DNA of 64,000 nt from Anthoceros angustus (Eukaryota > Plantae > Anthocerotophyta), in contig VJWM01000063.1 of the NCBI GenBank assembly GCA_010909165.1, positions 682,001 to 746,000 of the forward strand, read 5' to 3'. Each line of letters starts with the position of its first letter. Position 1 is the first letter of the stretch. Both the position numbers and the translations under genes were made by a program. Positions 37,002 to 49,300 of this stretch are shown piece after piece. The notes beneath the pieces are model-generated. The model had not been told where the DNA came from. It saw only the letters and a list, made by a program, of their open reading frames with translations, and made no database searches.

Positions 37002-40000
37002 ATGTTCGACGCCGTGCTCGGGAAGGGCTTCAAGGGCTCAAAATGGTGAGCAGGGAACGAAATTCAGGGACAAGGATGGTGGAGCGGCTGCGGAGCTTGT
37101 CTGATTCCCTGCCCTTTGTTTGTGCTGTGCAGCAAAACCCTGTTGAAGCTGGCTATGGCCCGCATCAAGCTGCTGAGGAACAAGCGGGATATTCAGATCA
37201 AGCAGATGCGGAAGGATTTGGCGCAGCTTCTCCAGACGCGGCAGGATGCCAGTGCGCGGATCCGGGTGATGATCGGCTTGGTGATGTTTTTGTTAAAGAT
37301 TTGAGTTTTCGGCCCGCTGATTGTGGTTTTCGATCTCGTGGTGTGTGGCAGGTGGAGAATATTATCAGAGAACAGAACATTATGGCTGCTTATGATATTA
37401 TTGAGCTGTTCTGCGAGCTTGTGGCTGTGAGGCTGCCCATTATAGAGGGTCAAAAGTGCGTCTGCAATTCCCTGGTGTGGCAGAGCTGGTTTTGGGGACT
37501 TGGGTTTTCGACTGGCTGCAGAATGGCTTACGTGTTGGGTCTTTTGTGTTTTGGCTCGTCTCCAGGACTTGTCCAATCGATCTGAAGGAAGCCATTGCAA
37601 GCTTGATATTTGCTTCACCGAGATGTGCAGATTTGCCGGAGCTTTTGCAGGTTCGAGGTCTCTTTGCTGCGAAATATGGAAAAGAGTTTGCTGCATCAGC
37701 TGCAGAACTGCGTCCAGACTGTGGAGTGAATAGACGGGTTAGCTACTTGCCCGTTTGTGACAGAATCCTGTAGTATTTAAGCTGCGGCTTGGTGATGGTG
37801 CCCAGGTTCTCATAGTTGTGCATGTTTCATGCTGTGTTCATTTTGTTTGCAGATTATTGAAAAGCTATCAGTGCGAGCACCGCCTGGAGAGCTGAAGTTA
37901 AAGCTGATGAAGGAAATAGCGGACGAGCACAATGTTGACTGGGATCCTGCAGACTCTGAGGCTGAATTACTGAAGCCCCCAGAGGATCTACTTGTGAGTT
38001 GACCGAGCAGCCACTTTCTGTTCGTCAAACTTTACTTTTTTCATTCAATATTGTGATGCCATGTTCATCTTGGATGCATGTCTCTAACAGGATGGTCCAA
38101 GACATTTCACGGGTGCCAGCCAAATTCCATTGGCTCCGCAGAAGGATGAGCTGCCATCGGTTCCAAGTAGGCTTCCCGAGAACAGCTTTGTTCGACAGAT
38201 GACTGACAAACAGGGTGAACAAGGGCAAAGCGATGGTGTATCCCCCGGACAGAGCTCAGGAGCCGCTACTGCATCAACGGTCCCCCAAGACAAAATGCCG
38301 CCAAGAAGTAAATATGGGAGTCCCCCCAAGGATTATGCCCCCAAGAAGCAGGTTGTTGAGTCAGACGAATCATCCGAAGATGATGATGGTGATGAATATG
38401 TGAAGCCTCCAGATCCTATGCCTATCCAGAAAAAAAAAAGCCAACCTGCTCATTCCAGGTCACGGAAAGAGGATGAGCAGGAAGCATACAGCAATCTTGA
38501 AGCTGCTGCACGTGCAGTGGAAGATGCTGCCAGTAGAGCTTCTGCTGCAGCTTGGGCAGCTGCTGCCTTAGGAAAGCCTGAATACAGACAGGAGGCAGTG
38601 AGGAAGCCGGCTTTTAGTGACTTTATACGTTCTGAAACCCGTTCTTTTGACGACTATTCGCCCAGTGCTCGAGCTGCTAGCTCACAGCGTAAGTTTTCTC
38701 AAAACTCTGAGGAGGAAGAGGATCCTCGATATGCAACTGGCTCTCAACATGGAAAGACAAAAGCAGTGAAGATGGGATCAGAGGAAAGGAACAAGACTTT
38801 CAGGGAAGAACGTCCTAGCAGAGAACCTCCACAGCATGATAGTTCAGATGAGGAGGCAGAGGATGATGTAGATGCTGATCTGAATGCCAGATTTGCAGCT
38901 CTAAGCCGTCATAATCAGGAGAGGGAACAACCAGTGTCAACTCGCAGAGACTCTAGGAAGGATCGTTCTGAGGATCCTCTTGATGAAGATCTGCGAGGGC
39001 ATGGACGGACTCCCGACTCAGGAAGACACCGTGTGGACCATGGAAGGCAAGAAAGGCGAGCACCGAGACAGTCTCCACCAGATGAGGAGGAAGAGATTCT
39101 GGGACGTTCAGCTCAGGTTTCTGGCTCAGTAAGGCGTAGTGGTCAGACCCATGCAAAGCAGAAAGGATCACCCAGAGGGGCCCTGGCAGAAGACGAACCT
39201 GATGTGTATGTTAAAAAACCCAGCGGGTTAGGTACACAGAATTTGAGAACAGAGCAACCGTCATTCAAGGAGGACAATTTTGAAAGAGGTCGACGGGACT
39301 CAAGAAGGCCAGTGCGAGAAGAGAGAAGCCCTCCAGAGGAGCAAGAGGAGGAGGACCTTTTTAACACACATTCAGGATCTCCTCTTGAAAGGTCATTACG
39401 GGGAAAGCCATCATCTTCAGGGATAGCCCGGTATGATTCCTTCAATGAAGCAGATGAGTCTCAGCTCCGAAACACCTCTGGAAAGACTCTAGGAAAGTCA
39501 AATTCTTCGTCTTCTGAGGGTGGGATGAGCACCATCGATATGTTTGACATTAGTGTTAGGGAAGTGCAGGATCATTCCTGGATATCGACAAAGGGACCTC
39601 TTGGTCGCCCCTCCGCCAGTTATCAAGACAAGGATGATGCAGGTCCAGCAACATGGGACTCCTCGTCCAGGGGTAGAAAACCACAGCCTGAGAGTCATAG
39701 GTCACAATCTGGAGATAAGCGGGGACAACCTGATGATTTGAAACCCACGTTTTTCGCAGTTGGTCTACCTCCTCCTCCTGGTCACCCCGGTCGGTACGGC
39801 AGGCCTCTTTCCCCTCCTCTACCCAGTCCACCTCAGTTTGATGATGCCCCTCCTTCTGTCCCTGCCCGGAGCCCTAGACCTGTAAGGCTCTCGCCGACCA
39901 AACAGGCATCCTCAAGACTGTACACCCCCAGAACTGCAAAACCTCCCCCTCAACGACCTCCCCCATCTGTTGAAGTATCTCCATCGTTCAACAGGTCCTT

Positions 40001-40136
40001 ACCCACCAGTAGTCGGGACCTTGTGGAGTCTTCGTCAGAATCTGATACATCACCAGAACGCTCGCCGAGAAGGAGCTCACTCACCCCTGGAGGGTTCCCG
40101 GATATAGATTCCATACGTGCCCAGTTGAAGAAGTAA
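37002..40136 (+). CDS. IST1-like ESCRT-III / Vps4 regulator with a long disordered C-terminus, ~879 aa, 6 exons
   Basis: Exons 37002-37045, 37133-37265, 37352-37455, 37566-37737, 37853-37993 and 38091-40136 splice in frame. Ist1 domain KCKTLLKLAMARIKLLRNKR..IELFCEL..CPIDLKEAIASLIFASPRCADLPEL..KYGKEF. Confidence 0.92.
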
Positions 40137-42088
40137 GCTCCTGTGGTTCTTTCTTTTAGGAGGGATTTCACATGGATTTGACTTCCGTATGTCTTTACTT
40201 CCCGAACTTAAACCAAGTCTAGGATATGCAATGAGGATCATCCTTGAGTCAGGTATATGTTGGAATTGCGAGTTGTAGGGTCGGTTGATTTCTGATACAG
40301 CTCATCAACACTCGAGAGACAGGACTATGTTTCTGTTTGGTAACCCGTGGGATTTTAAAGTTGCCTCGGCACTTAGTTTTTTTCTCGTGTGGTCTTGCAA
40401 TCAGGAATAACCACACCTGGGCCCGGTCTCGGACCAACCCAACGCCCATGTCGTGGCTTTCGAATAGTTCGTTTCCTTACTTATGGATTCTGGAGACCGG
40501 AAGCTTTGCTTTGTTTTGCTGGCACTCGCCCATGGTTGCCCTGCGACGTCGTCCCTGCAAAGGGCGCGCCAAACCCTCTCTTGGCGAGTTCAACGTGTCA
40601 GACTGGTTAATTCACTTTGCCTTCGGACTCCCTCGTTGCGACTTCACAGTGTTGCCGCCGGACTCCCTCGTTCCGAGTTCACCATGTCTCAGACTTTCCA
40701 AATTCACGTTGCGAGTTTATAGTGCGTGACTTAATTAATTCACAATCGTTTTAAAATTCATATTTTATATCATAAATATTTTAACGAAATAGTACGAGTC
40801 AATAGTCTTAATCATGTTTATGATTTGATAGCTGTCATGTTTATGATTTGATAGCTGTAGATTACTTTTCTTGAAGTCCTGCAAATCCTACCACGTAGGC
40901 ATGGCGTGGGTTGTCCTTTCCTATTTCAACTTACTTGGACAGCAAGTCTTCATTGCCTTCAAAATTTATTTCTTACTTGAGAGTGGGTCTTCATTACCTT
41001 CCACCTTTCCTATTTCCGCTATGTACTTGACGGGGTCTTCATTGCTTTTCAAAGGGCAATCTTCGTAAGGCGGCAATGGCGCTGACGCCTTCCTCTTCCT
41101 CCGTGGTTTGCATGCCTTTCATTCTTCTTGCATATGATGTTTTGGGAGCAGGAGGTAGCTTTAGGTAGGGAGCTTAGTCATTCTTTTTCATCTTAACTAT
41201 CAAGGTCCTCCGGTTGTCTCCCTCGATTGCTGGATGTGCTTCTTTCCATGTTTTTCCCTTATTAAATGATATCTCCTTCTTCTTCTTCTTCTTAAGTATA
41301 CAGAAAATGCACTTTTGATCTTACAACAAGCTGTCCTTACAACGCCTTGTCGTAAAGCCTCTTAGGCCATGATCCAAAGCCCTTTGTGGTCGCCCTTAGG
41401 GCCCTGATGTAAGTGATATATTCACTTGATATTTATAATAAATAAATAAGTTGTTATACTGAAGTGATGTATGCGTGAACCAGAGTGACCATTTTATGGT
41501 ATACGGCATCAACTTGATACTGTGATAATTAAAACTATTGACGCTGAAGTGAGATCTGCATAACCACATGGACCGTTTTGTGGGCAGCATAACCGTAGCC
41601 GCCGGTTACTGTAACTCTGGTTTCCCGCAATTACTTCACTTCAGCGAGCGTGGAAGCCATCTCTCTCTCTCCCGCGCTCTGCATTGCACCGCGGTGGGGA
41701 TAATGCTTCAACCTCGGGCGACGCTGTGATCTGGATCTGGCCTTTGAGATTCCAGCTCTCTCTCCACTCTGCTTGTTTTTTTTGGCGACTAGCCAGTCTT
41801 ATGCTCTGATTCCCAGCCTTTGCTCCTCCGCTGCTGTGAATCATCTCTCCAAACCAGCTGGCTAGCAAGGGCTCATCTATCTCTTCTGCTTGCAAGGCGG
41901 CAGCTTCACAGCTTTCCTTGCGATTGATTTGTTTGTTTCGCCATTTCATCAGGCCAGTTTTGTAGACTTGTCCACATTACGGTGGAGGCCTCCGCCTCGC
42001 AGCATAGCTCTTGGATTAAATTCTTCCCTGTAGGAGCGATGTCGGGAACTCGAGTCATGGTTGGGGTCACGGAGTGGAAACAAGGTTT

Positions 42089-42485
42089 TGATTTGAAACC
42101 CACGTTTTTCGCAGTTGGTCTACCTCCTCCTCCTGGTCACCCCGGTCGGTACGGCAGGCCTCTTTCCCTCCTCTACCCAGTCCACCTCAGTTTGATGATG
42201 CCCTCCTTCTGTCCCTGCCCGGAGCCCTAGACCTGTAAGGCTCTCGCCGACCAAACAGGCATCCTCAAGACTGTACACCCCAGAACTGCAAAACCTCCCC
42301 TCAACGACCTCCCCATCTGTTGAAGTATCTCCATCGTTCAACAGGTCCTTACCCACCAGTAGTCGGGACCTTGTGGAGTCTTCGTCAGAATCTGATACAT
42401 CACCAGAACGCTGCCGAGAAGGAGCTCACTCACCCCTGGAGGGTTCCCGGATATAGATTCCATACGTGCCCAGTTGAAGAAGTAA
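42089..42485 (+). pseudogene. Duplicated, frameshifted 3' fragment of the IST1-like gene (possibly an assembly artefact)
   Basis: Near-identical to 39734-40136, with single-base deletions in C runs. Confidence 0.7.
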
Positions 42486-43274
42486 GCTCCTGTGGTTCTT
42501 TCTTTTAGGAGGGATTTCACATGGATTTGACTTCCGTATGTCTTTACTTCCCGAACTTAAACCAAGTCTAGGATATGCAATGAGGATCATCCTTGAGTCA
42601 GGTATATGTTGGAATTGCGAGTTGTAGGGTCGGTTGATTTCTGATACAGCTCATCAACACTCGAGAGACAGGACTATGTTTCTGTTTGGTAACCCGTGGG
42701 ATTTTAAAGTTGCCTCGGCACTTAGTTTTTTTCTCGTGTGGTCTTGCAATCAGGAATAACCACACCTGGGCCCGGTCTCGGACCAACCCAACGCCCATGT
42801 CGTGGCTTTTCGAATAGTTCGTTTCCTTACTTATGGATTCTGGAGACCGGAAGCTTTGCTTGTTTTGCTGGCACTCGCCCATGGTTGCCCTGCGACGTCG
42901 TCCCTGCAAAGGGCGCGCCAAACCCTCTCTTGGCGAGTTCAACGTGTCAGACTGGTTAATTCACTTTGCCTTCGGACTCCCTCGTTGCGACTTCACAGTG
43001 TTGCCGCCGGACTCCCTCGTTCCGAGTTCACCATGTCTCAGACTTTCCAAATTCACGTTGCGAGTTTATAGTGCGTGACTTAATTAATTCACAATCGTTT
43101 TAAAATTCATATTTTATATCATAAATATTTTAACGAAATAGTACGAGTCAATAGTCTTAATCATGTTTATGATTTGATAGCTGTCATGTTTATGATTTGA
43201 TAGCTGTAGATTACTTTTCTTCGAAAGTCCTGTACCAAATCCTACCACGCCCGTAGGCATGGCGTGGGGTTGTC

Positions 43275-43425
43275 CTTTTCCTATTTCAACTTACTTCGGA
43301 CAGCAAGTCTTCATTGCCCTTCAACGCTGTTTATTTCAGCTTACTTCGGAGAGTGGGTCTTCATTACCCTTCCACCTTTCCTATTTCCGCTTATGTACTT
43401 CGGACAGTGGGTCTTCATTGCTTTT
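43275..43425. repeat. Degenerate ~50-bp minisatellite, 3 units (also at ~40915-41050 and ~45105-45230)
   Basis: Units of TATTTC(A/C).CTTA..CTTCGGA(C/G)AG...GTCTTCATT. A 23-bp tandem TCATGTTTATGATTTGATAGCTG x2 lies just upstream. Confidence 0.6.
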
Positions 43426-44562
43426 CAAAAGGGGCAATCTTTCGTAAGGCGGCAATGGCAGTTGACGCTTCTTCCTCTTCCTCTGTGGTTTGCATGCCTT
43501 TCATTCTTCTTGCATATGATGTTTTGGGAGCAGTAGGTAGCTTTAGGTAGGGAGCTTAGTCATTCTTTTTCATCTTAACTATCAAGGTCCTCCGGTTGTC
43601 TCCTGCTCGATTGCTGGATGTGCTTCTTTCCATGTTTTTCCCTTATTAAATGATATCTCCTTCTTCTTCTTCTTCTTAAGTATAGAAAATGCACTTTTGA
43701 TCTTACAACAAGCTGTCCTTACAACGCCTAGCGCTTGGCAGTAAAGCCTCTTAGGGCCATGATCCAAAGCCCTTTGTGGTCGCCCTTAGGGCCCTGATGT
43801 AAGTGATATATTCACTTGATATTTATAATAAATAAATAAGTTGTTATACTGAAGTGATGTATGCGTGAACCAGAGTGACCATTTTATGGTATACGGCATC
43901 AACTTGATACTGTGATAATTAAAACTATTGACGCTGAAGTGAGATCTGCATAACCACATGGACCGTTTTGTGGGCAGCATAACCGTAGCCGCCGGTTACT
44001 GTAACTCTGGTTTCCCGCAATTACTTCACTTCAGCGAGCGTGGAAGCCATCTCTCTCTCCGCGCTCTGCATTGCACCGCGGGAGTGGGGATAATGCTTCA
44101 ACCTCGGGCGACGCTGTGATCTGGATCTGGCCTTTGAGATTCCAGCTCTTCTCTCCACTCTGCTTGTTTTTTGGCGACTAGCCAGTCTTATGCTCTGATT
44201 CCCAGCCTTTGCTCCTCCGCTGCTGTGAATCATCTCTCCAAACCAGCTGGCTAGCAAGGGCTCATCTATCTTCTGCTTGCAAGGCGGCAGCTTCACAGCT
44301 TTCCTTGCGATTGATTTGTTTGTTTCGCCATTTCATCAGGCCAGTTTTGCTTGTAGACTTGTCCACATTACGGTGGAGGCCTCCGCCTCGCAGCATAGCT
44401 CTTGGATTAAATTCTTCCCTGTAGGAGCGATGTCGGGAACTCGAGTCATGGTTGGGGTCACGGAGTGGAAACAAGGTTTTGATTTGAAGTCCAGTCGGAG
44501 GCGTCGGTAAATCTGATGACAGGACATTCAGTCACCTGGCATGGAGTGACATATGTAGCTCC

Positions 44563-44790
44563 ATGAAGTCAGGTTGTGTGCTGTACGCAGGCACGAACAA
44601 AAGAGTGGCAATGACGGTTGTGGGAGCAGCCCAGGCATGGGCTGCATGTTCTCTGGTCTGCAGGTGCAGAATCGGTGCAGGTGTTCTGAAAGAGCCTTCT
44701 TGGGAAGGAACTTCAGACCATCGACGTACGCCTGTGGTGGTTAGAGGGAGTGGGTGGTTGCAGCCATGCCTTTACGGCAGAAGGGATCAG
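44563..44790 (+). pseudogene. Duplicated 5' fragment of MSH1 (possibly an assembly artefact)
   Basis: Matches 46384-46612 with a 1-nt deletion and ends at the duplication junction. Confidence 0.7.
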
Positions 44791-46383
44791 ACTGGTTAAT
44801 TCACTTTGCCTTCGGACTCCCTCGTTGCGACTTCACAGTGTTGCCGCCGGACTCCCTCGTTCCGAGTTCACCATGTCTCAGACTTTCCAAATTCACGTTG
44901 CGAGTTTATAGTGCGTGACTTAATTAATTCACAATCGTTTTAAAATTCATATTTTATATCATAAATATTTTAACGAAATAGTACGAGTCAATAGTCTTAA
45001 TCATGTTTATGATTTGATAGCTGTCATGTTTATGATTTGATAGCTGTAGATTACTTTTCTTGAAAGTCCTGATCCTACCACGCCGTAGGCATGGCGTGGG
45101 GTTGTCCTTTCCTATTTCAACTTACTTGGACAGCAAGTCTTCATTGCCTTCAACGCTTATTTCGAGAGTGGGTCTTCATTACCTTCCACCTTTCCTATTT
45201 CCGCTATGTACTTTGATGGGTCTTCATTGCTTTTCAAAAGGGGCAATCTTTCGTAAGGCGGCAATGGCAGTTGACGCTTCTTCCTCTTCCTCTGTGGTTT
45301 GCATGCCTTTCATTCTTCTTGCATATGATGTTTTGGGAGCAGTAGGTAGCTTTAGGTAGGGAGCTTAGTCATTCTTTTTCATCTTAACTATCAAGGTCCT
45401 CCGGTTGTCTCCTGCTCGATTGCTGGATGTGCTTCTTTCCATGTTTTTCCCTTATTAAATGATATCTCCTTCTTCTTCTTCTTCTTAAGTATACAGAAAA
45501 TGCACTTTTGATCTTACAACAAGCTGTCCTTACAACGCCTGCTTGTCGTAAAGCCTCTTAGGGCCATGATCCAAAAGCCCCTTTGTGGTCGCCCTTAGGG
45601 CCCTGATGTAAGTGATATATTCACTTGATATTTATAATAAATAAATAAGTTGTTATACTGAAGTGATGTATGCGTGAACCAGAGTGACCATTTTATGGTA
45701 TACGGCATCAACTTGATACTGTGATAATTAAAACTATTGACGCTGAAGTGAGATCTGCATAACCACATGGACCGTTTTGTGGGCAGCATAACCGTAGCCG
45801 CCGGTTACTGTAACTCTGGTTTCCCGCAATTACTTCACTTCAGCGAGCGTGGAAGCCATCTCTCCCTCTCTCCCGCGCTCTGCATTGCACCGCGGGAGTG
45901 GGGATAATGCTTCAACCTCGGGCGACGCTGTGATCTGGATCTGGCCTTTGAGATTCCAGCTCTTCTCTCCACTCTGCTTGTTTTTTTTGGCGACTAGCCA
46001 GTCTTATGCTCTGATTCCCAGCCTTTGCTCCTCCGCTGCTGTGAATCATCTCTCCAAACCAGCTGGCTAGCAAGGGCTCATCTATCTTCTGCTTGCAAGG
46101 CGGCAGCTTCACAGCTTTCCTTGCGATTGATTTGTTTGTTTCGCCATTTCATCAGGCCAGTTTTGCTTGTAGACTTGTCCACATTACGGTGGAGGCCTCC
46201 GCCTCGCAGCATAGCTCTTGGATTAAATTCTTCCCTGTAGGAGCGATGTCGGGAACTCGAGTCATGGTTGGGGTCACGGAGTGGAAACAAGGTTTTGATT
46301 TGAAGTCCAGTCGGAGGCGTCGGTAAATCTGATGACAGGACATTCGAGTCACCTGGCATGGAGTGACATATGTAGCTAGCTCC

Positions 46384-49300
46384 ATGAAGTCAGGTTGTGT
46401 GCTGTACGCAGGCACGAACAAAAGAGTGGCAATGACGGTTGTGGGAGCAGCCCAGGCATGGGCTGCATGTTCTCTGGTCTGCAGGTGCAGAATCGGTGCA
46501 GGTGTTCTGAAAGAGCCTTCTTGGGAAGGAACTTCAGACCATCGACGTACGCCTGTGGTGGTTAGAGGGAGTGGGGTGGTTGCAGCCATGCCTTTACGGC
46601 AGAAGGGATCAGCTGTGTTGCGTGAATGGTTTTTGGGTAGCAGGGGTGGCTATTTGCCTCATTTCCCTCAGCTTCTTCTTTCTCCCTGCAAGCAGCAGCA
46701 CTGGAACCAGGGCTTGCATCAGGTCGGGAGCCCGAAAGGTTGTAGAAGTTTTAGGACTGGTAGCATAAGTGCGAGTTTGAGCTCGGCACAAGCCACGACT
46801 GGCACACGTAAGCGGGGCCGCAAGTCTCAGGAATCTCAGGGTGCAGGACTGAGCAACGTAGGGGATGCTGTTCATATTCAATGGTGGGAAATGAGGATGA
46901 AAGCCTGCACAAAACCATCAACTGTGGAGATGATCAAGCGGCTGACTAACAGTAACCTGTTAGGTGTAGACGAGGGACTCAAAAATGGAACTCTCAAGGA
47001 TGGATCTTTCAATTCCGATCTTTTGGAGGTGAAGAGGAAGTTTCCTCGTGAGGTTCTGATCTGCAGGGTAGGAGAATTTTATGAGTGCGTTGGATTTGAC
47101 GCCTGCATGCTGATAGAATATGCAGCGCTGAACCCAATGGGAGGTCTACGAGGTAATGCGACCCCCAAGGCTGGATGTCCTATTGTGAATCTACGTCAAA
47201 CACTCGATTGTCTTACCAGGCAAGGCTTTTCGGTTTGTATCATGGAAGAAGTTCAGGGTCCGAGTCAGGCCCGCATGCGTAAGGAACGCTTTGTGGGTGG
47301 ACATGCACATCCAGGCAGCCCTTACGTTTATGGGCTTGCTGGGGGTGATGTTGATTTAGAATTTGTCGATCCTGAACCTGTTATTGGCATCTCCAAGTCC
47401 ACCAGGGGTTACTGCTTCATTTCGGTGTTAGAGATTATGAAAACGTATTCCGTGGAGGATGGACTTACAGAGGAAGCTGTTGTGGCCAAGCTTCGATCAA
47501 AAAGGTTCCAAAGACTGTACCTGCATCGATCTTTGAAGGATGATGGCTCTGCTACTGTGCGCTGGGGGGAGTACGGTGAGGGTGGCTTGCTTTGGGCTGA
47601 GTGCAGTGGCAAACAGTTTGAGTGGTATAGCAATGACTCGGTTGAGGAGCTGCTCTCCAAAGTGAAAGAGCTGTATGACCTGGGGCAGTGGGAGGACTTC
47701 AGGAAAATAGTTCCTCCTGCAGGAGAAAGGCCAAGACCTCTCTACGTGGGTACCGCTTCCCAAATTGGCATTCTATCAACTCCTGGGGTTCCCAGCTTGC
47801 CAAAAGTCTTGCTTCCTGAGGATACCAACGGACTTTGTGTAGCTTACATACGAGACCTGCTGCTGAACCCACCGCCTTTTGTTGTTGCCCAGCGGATTCA
47901 AGTAGCATGTAAGAAGATGGCCCTTGTACAGTCAGCCATTCCGGATTTTACTTGTGTCTCCTCAGCAAAACTAGTGAAACTGATTGGAGCACAGGAGGCT
48001 AACAAAATGGAGTTTTCTCGAATCCAATACATGGCAGAGGATATCCTTGATATGCACAAAAGTGCAGTACTTGGTCCAATTCTAGAACAGCTTCTGGATC
48101 CTGTCTGGCTTGCCACAGGGCTGCGCATTGATCGTGATCAACTTGTTGAGGATTGTCGATACTTGGTTCATGCAATAGGCAAAGTTCTTGCTGTTGAAGG
48201 GGATCCTGAACAGGCACACAGTAGGGGAGCCTCTGTCCCTGAAGACTTCTTCTATGACATGGAGCAGAAATGGAGAGGCAAGGTGAGGCGGGCACTGGCA
48301 GAAGAGGTTTTTAGGGAGGTTGATGAGGCTGCAGCAGCACTGTCTGATGCAATCGTTGAGGACTTCCTGCCCATTGTTCAGAGGACAAGATCCATGACGA
48401 ATGGTGGAGGGAGCGTGGGTTGTCGTGCTGAGATATGCTACAGCAGGGAGAATCAAAGTGTGTGGTTCAAAGGAAAGCATTTCAAACCCTTAGTAGCGGC
48501 AGATACACGAGGGGAGGCTGAAATATCCCGTCTGGTACCAGCTTTTGATAACAAAGGGAAAAGGGCAGGTGAAGATTGGCACACGACACCCAAGGTGCAA
48601 GACGCATTGGAAAGGTACAAAAATGCAGCTGAACGGGGTGCTTCAACCGTGATAGGACTTTTGAGGGAGCTTGCTGAGACTCTGAAAGTGAAAATGAATG
48701 CAGTTGTTTTCGTTTCCGCTTTTTCAATTATAGCAAAGGCTCTCTTCTCACATGTCCGTGAAGGAAAACGACAATTATGGGTCTTCCCAGATTTGGTCAG
48801 AAGGGAGCAAGGACAGAAGATAGTCCAGCAGAACTTTGAGGCACAACCAGCAGCATTCTTCCAAGAGACTGCAAGTCTGCAGCTCATTGATCTGGTACCT
48901 TACTGGCTGGACAGGACTGTGAACTCTGCTGTCCCAAATACAGTAGAGATGAACTCCATGTTCCTGCTTACTGGTCCTAATGGAGGTGGAAAGTCAAGTC
49001 TTCTGCGTTCTATTTGCGCAGCTACTTTATTGGCTAATTGTGGCCTGATGGTGCCAGCTAGAGCGGCAGTAGTGCCTCACTATGATGCAATAATGCTTCG
49101 TATGATTTCACATGACAGTCCAGCAGATGCTAAAAGTGCTTTCCAGATAGAGATGTCAGAACTCCGTAGTATTATTGTGGAGGCAACGGGACAGAGCTTG
49201 GTTATGGCTGATGAGATGTGTAAAGGCACGGAAGTTCAAAAGGGAACTTTCATAGCGGCTAGTGTGATTGAGCATCTCGACCAGATTGGATGCATGGGTG

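Larger units (their letters stand above)
39734..46612. repeat. Tandem duplication/triplication C covering the IST1-like 3' end, the intergenic spacer and the MSH1 5' region (39734-42088, 42089-44786, 44787-46612)
   Basis: Junction at 42089 with 9-bp microhomology TGATTTGAA; junction at 44787 with TCAG. Long stretches are identical in all three copies. Confidence 0.93.

Noticed and set aside
43275-43425. CRISPR-like repeat-spacer array
   Set aside because: Only three degenerate units, no unique constant-length spacers, no cas genes, and a eukaryotic context.
39734-46612. Real partial duplicates or an IST1-MSH1 chimeric gene
   Set aside because: The fragments are near-identical to the parent genes apart from homopolymer indels and form no joined ORF; an assembly artefact is more likely.
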